DNA of 64,000 bases from Fistulifera solaris. Its lineage: Eukaryota. A program made the position numbers and the translations under genes. The DNA lies in contig AP026123.1 of the NCBI GenBank assembly GCA_030295235.1, positions 2,604,001-2,668,000 of the forward strand. Direction: 5' to 3'. Every line of letters begins with the position of its first letter. The first letter of the stretch is position 1. Shown here piece by piece: positions 60,255 through 64,000 of this stretch. The notes under the pieces are model-generated. The model worked only from the letters and a program-made list of their open reading frames with translations, was not told the origin of the DNA and ran no database searches.

Positions 60255-61262
60255 GCTAAAAGTATTTTCGCGCTTTTGTCACATCACGTGTTTTCATAGG
60301 CCTTAGCTTCTTCCGCATAGATTAAAAATATAAAATAGTTCGTTAGCTAGATTGTTGAAGCAACCCAACAGCCGCCAGAAATGCCGAGTTCAATATCTTA
60401 AAGTCGACACTAATGATCAATCTCACTTTTATCAGCTTTGATTTAGCACCGCTGGTCGTAAGACGGAAAGTGTAAATCTCAATTTTGGATAAAAAGGTCT
60501 AGTTTAGCTTTTGTACAATGCTATTTTTCAGGCGCAATAGCGATTGCGATCATTATTATTTTAGCGTTATTCGCGACTGAAGTAAGTCGTGCACGCGCCC
60601 ACATGTTGGTCTAGAGTAAAACAAGAAAACAGAGTTTGATAGCATTGTGGATGATTGTATAGCTCTACAATGAACTTTGATTGAAACTGATTATGCAATC
60701 GGACATCGCATTGGAGACAGCTTTTCGAAACAAGCGAAAATGACATTAATTAAAGCCGGATGCTCAAAATTTCGTAAACTAGCTCATGACTGAAATCCAA
60801 TCGTAGATGATTTGGCGTATACAACGCACGATAGTAAAACTATGATTTCGTCTAAGATGCCTTATTTGAAGCTAAAGATGGCTTTCAACCGCACTACTGG
60901 TGAAGGTACTGGTGCTTTATGCAACTTTTGTTTTTGTAGAAGGCAATGGCTTTGACAAAGTCGCGGAGTAACATAAGCGTCCATAGGTATTTACCATTTA
61001 CAAGTACGGAGTACCGGTACCTTACCTTAGAAACCCTTATCCTTAGTGAATCACGTTACTTTTGTACCAAGGATGACGTAGGTTATTCTTTCGGCACACC
61101 ACCACAACAACACAAGCAACGACAACGAGCATTTAGAAAAAGGAGAACAAGGAACACGTTCATTAACATCTTCTTCATCTTTGAGAGCAAGAGAAGAGGA
61201 CAAGACGGCAGTAGCTTAAGAATCGTTAACGAAAATACAACACAACAGAAAGACAGCAAATA

Positions 61263-63224
61263 ATGATCATGACGCAAAGTCACTGGATCCTCTGCTCTAG
61301 CGTTCTTTTCGCTTTGGCTTGCACAAATGATGCCTTTGTTCCCAGTTTGCACACAAAGTCTCCTTTGACCGGAAGAGTTACTCTCTATAGTTCCGGAGGA
61401 GGAGGAGGATCGGCGGAAGAGAAACTGCGACAAGAATTGAAAGAGAATAATGACGCCATTGAAGTGAAAGACGAAATGCAGTACGCTCAAGCCGATGGAG
61501 CTTACTTAGAACGCCTCGACAGCGCGAATGAATCGATCGAGAAAGATGCGGTTGCACAAGCAACGGCGGATTCGTCGAAAACGCAGCAATCTGTAACAAT
61601 TCATAGCACTTCGTCTTCTGTCTTGGCCCAACAAATCGAGCGCATGACCAAACCCCGAGCGTACCCTTTATTTCTCGCGGAAAAAGCAGCCGAATTCGTC
61701 GAAGCAACGTATAAAGATGTCGTGCATACATTTGCCGCGCCCGATCCGTATCGCGTGAGCAACGGTAATTCACAAAAAGAACGTATTGTTATCTTGGGCA
61801 GTGGCTGGGGTTCGATTTCGTTCTTAAAAGACATTGATACCGACTTGTACGATGTTACAGTCGTGTCTCCCCGCAATCATTTCGTCTTTACGCCCATGTT
61901 GGCAGGTGCGAGTGTCGGGACGGTCGAGTTTCGATCCATTTGTGAACCGATTCGGGAAATCAATCTCAAGGCCAATTACTTGGAGGCCATTGCGACGGAC
62001 ATTGATACCGAAAAGAAAATTGTCAGTTGTGAATCCGTCTTTTGTGAAGGAAATTCGTGCGCCATTGAAGACTTTTCCATTCCCTACGATCGTCTCATTG
62101 TGACGGTCGGAGCACAAACAAACACGTTTGGTATCCCCGGCGTTCGGGAACGGTGCAACTTCTTGAAGCAAATTGAAGACGCCCGACGCATCCGGGCTTC
62201 GATTGTGAACTGCTTTGAGCGTGCCAACTTGCCCGGCTTGTCGGATGAAGAACGTGAACAGAACTTGACCTTTGCGGTGATCGGAGCCGGACCGACGGGC
62301 ATTGAGTTTGCGGCGGAGTTGCGTGATTTTGTCGAACAGGATGGTCCAAAGTACTATCCGCGTCTGCTCAAATATGTGCGCATCAAGATTATTGAGGCGT
62401 CTTCCACGGTATTAGCTCCATTCGATAAGTCTTTGCAAGAAGAAGCCATTTTGCAAATGAACAAGAGCGTGTTAATCAAAGATCCCGAAGTGCGAAATTT
62501 GCTGCCCGAACGCTTCAAATTGACCGAACTGTTACTCGACAGCTCCGTGAAGGAAGTTGGAGAAGACACTATCTTTTTGAATGACGGCACGAAAGTACCG
62601 TACGGCATGGCAGTGTGGGCGGCTGGAAACGGTCCTCTTCCCATTACGTTGAGTTTGATTGACAAGATGGGCGAGGAGCAAACGAAACAACAAGACGTTG
62701 CCCGCGGACGTCTCGCGATCGACCCTTGGATGCGTGTGATTGGTTCGGAAGGACAAATTTTGGCGTTTGGTGATTGCTCTTGCATTACGGCCGGGCAATT
62801 ACCCGCCACAGCGCAAGTCGCTTCACAACAGGGCGAGTATCTGGCCAACTTAATGAATCGCAAATACGAATTCAGTCCTCCCCGCTCCGAGGATGGCATC
62901 TTTCCGCCACCGAAGAAAGATCCAGTCCGCACCGAATCATCCTTCTCCGATGCGATTGCTAGTTTTGCCATCAACAACAGCGAATACGCAAAACCGTTTC
63001 AGTTTTTGAATTTGGGTATTTTGGCGTACACGGGCGGCGGCTCGGCCTTGGCACAAGTGACTCCAGCCCCAAATGCAGAAAGTATCAAAGGCACTGGCAA
63101 AATCGGGAATGCTGTCTGGCGAAGCGTGTATCTGAGCAAACAAGTATCGTGGAGAAACCGGCTGTTGGTTCTGAACGACTGGACGAAACGACAGTTATTC
63201 GGTCGGGATGTCACGCGAATTTAG
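61263..63224 (+). CDS. Type II (alternative) NAD(P)H:quinone oxidoreductase, likely plastid-targeted
   Basis: IVILGSGWG, VSPRNHFVFTPML, VIGAGPTGIEFAAEL, VWAAG, FGDC, LPATAQVASQQG, FGRD. Signal peptide TNDA-FVP. Confidence 0.95.
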   Translation: MIMTQSHWILCSSVLFALACTNDAFVPSLHTKSPLTGRVTLYSSGGGGGSAEEKLRQELKENNDAIEVKDEMQYAQADGAYLERLDSANESIEKDAVAQATADSSKTQQSVTIHSTSSSVLAQQIERMTKPRAYPLFLAEKAAEFVEATYKDVVHTFAAPDPYRVSNGNSQKERIVILGSGWGSISFLKDIDTDLYDVTVVSPRNHFVFTPMLAGASVGTVEFRSICEPIREINLKANYLEAIATDIDTEKKIVSCESVFCEGNSCAIEDFSIPYDRLIVTVGAQTNTFGIPGVRERCNFLKQIEDARRIRASIVNCFERANLPGLSDEEREQNLTFAVIGAGPTGIEFAAELRDFVEQDGPKYYPRLLKYVRIKIIEASSTVLAPFDKSLQEEAILQMNKSVLIKDPEVRNLLPERFKLTELLLDSSVKEVGEDTIFLNDGTKVPYGMAVWAAGNGPLPITLSLIDKMGEEQTKQQDVARGRLAIDPWMRVIGSEGQILAFGDCSCITAGQLPATAQVASQQGEYLANLMNRKYEFSPPRSEDGIFPPPKKDPVRTESSFSDAIASFAINNSEYAKPFQFLNLGILAYTGGGSALAQVTPAPNAESIKGTGKIGNAVWRSVYLSKQVSWRNRLLVLNDWTKRQLFGRDVTRI

Positions 63225-63366
63225 ATATACAGAAACGAGACGACTCGACGCTATCACCGTTTAAGATTATACGGCATATCTCCGTTTCCTTTCAACAAGA
63301 ATAATTTAAAATATTATGCTTTCTGTTTTCGCAAACGAGTGAACACAGCACTTAATGACTCTCTAG

Positions 63367-63780
63367 TCAGTCTCTGGATTCCTCGGCAGCCAATTGCCGA
63401 CGACGTCTCTCTTCCATTACCATTTCTTTGTATTCTCTTGTAATATCAATTTTAGTTTTATCACTCATTCCCATTCCATTGTAAACACCATCGACTTTTC
63501 CCGACGGATTGTATTTTCGTTTTCCGTAAAAGACTTCTCCGTTGCCCATTCGTTTGGACATGAAATCGTCGATAACATCGTCCATATTCTTCAGAATATC
63601 GGTAATTCCTTGAAATGGACTTTGTAGCCACAAATTGTTGTTATTCGAGTTATCCTTGCCGGTCAAAGCAAGTGGAGAAGCGTGTTTTCTCCCGGAAGAT
63701 CCGACAGCTGGGCTCACAAGGAAGCCTTCTCCACGCATTAACAGTGCCGTAAACAGCGCGAAAACAACCCACCGCCTCAT
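63367..63780 (-). CDS. Small plastid-targeted hypothetical protein
   Basis: MRRWVVFALFTALLMRGEG-FLVSP bipartite presequence; protein-like core DDVIDDFMSKRMGNGEVFYGKRKYNPSG. Confidence 0.75.
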   Translation of the reverse strand: MRRWVVFALFTALLMRGEGFLVSPAVGSSGRKHASPLALTGKDNSNNNNLWLQSPFQGITDILKNMDDVIDDFMSKRMGNGEVFYGKRKYNPSGKVDGVYNGMGMSDKTKIDITREYKEMVMEERRRRQLAAEESRD

Positions 63781-64000
63781 TTTGTTTAGAATACAATAGA
63801 AGAGAGAATGACAGAAGTTCAAATGCCTATCTTGGATACAGAGGGTTACATGAATATGTGAATAATAATAACAAGGAAATAAAACAGAGACGCGAGAAAG
63901 AATGCGCTGACGAAGCGGCGTGTTATTCACTGTAGCTTTGAATGTACCCCAGTCGGAACGCAAATCTTTCGCGTGCTCGACGCGCGTAGCAATCAAAGCT

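Overview
Eukaryotic nuclear DNA, almost certainly from a diatom: compact genes, short GT-AG introns, and at least six proteins with a bipartite signal peptide plus ASAFAP-like plastid-targeting junction. One degenerate gene resembles a family I recall from Fistulifera; that is recollection, not a search. About 23 protein-coding genes are readable: a TMEM128-like protein, an LYR-motif protein, a SAP+PPR protein, three tandem GT32/OCH1-like glycosyltransferases, an ABCD transporter, an SLC4 transporter, a PSP1-C protein, RFC1, a propeller/PLC-like membrane protein, an HMG-box protein, a Xi-class GST, an AAAP amino-acid transporter, a DUF6174-like secreted protein, a YgfZ-family protein, a plastid-targeted type II NADH dehydrogenase and several hypotheticals. 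The most novel-looking gene is a ~2000-aa protein joining a BPI/TULIP-like domain and four internal beta-rich repeats to two PqiA/LetA-type membrane domains, a candidate single-chain eukaryotic lipid-transport bridge. Non-coding DNA carries: a family of tandem arrays built on the palindrome GGTCCAGAA-T-TTCTGGACC, one pair of which brackets a 228/456-bp higher-order array and a truncated SHMT pseudogene; a 264-bp hAT-like MITE with a perfect 8-bp TSD; and apparent DNA-transposon footprints (7-bp tandem duplications, chained TA-C..G-TA motifs). About 14 frameshifts at short homopolymers break otherwise intact genes and are most likely long-read consensus errors, so gene models were joined across them by eye. 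All family calls come from motif recognition; no database searches were run.
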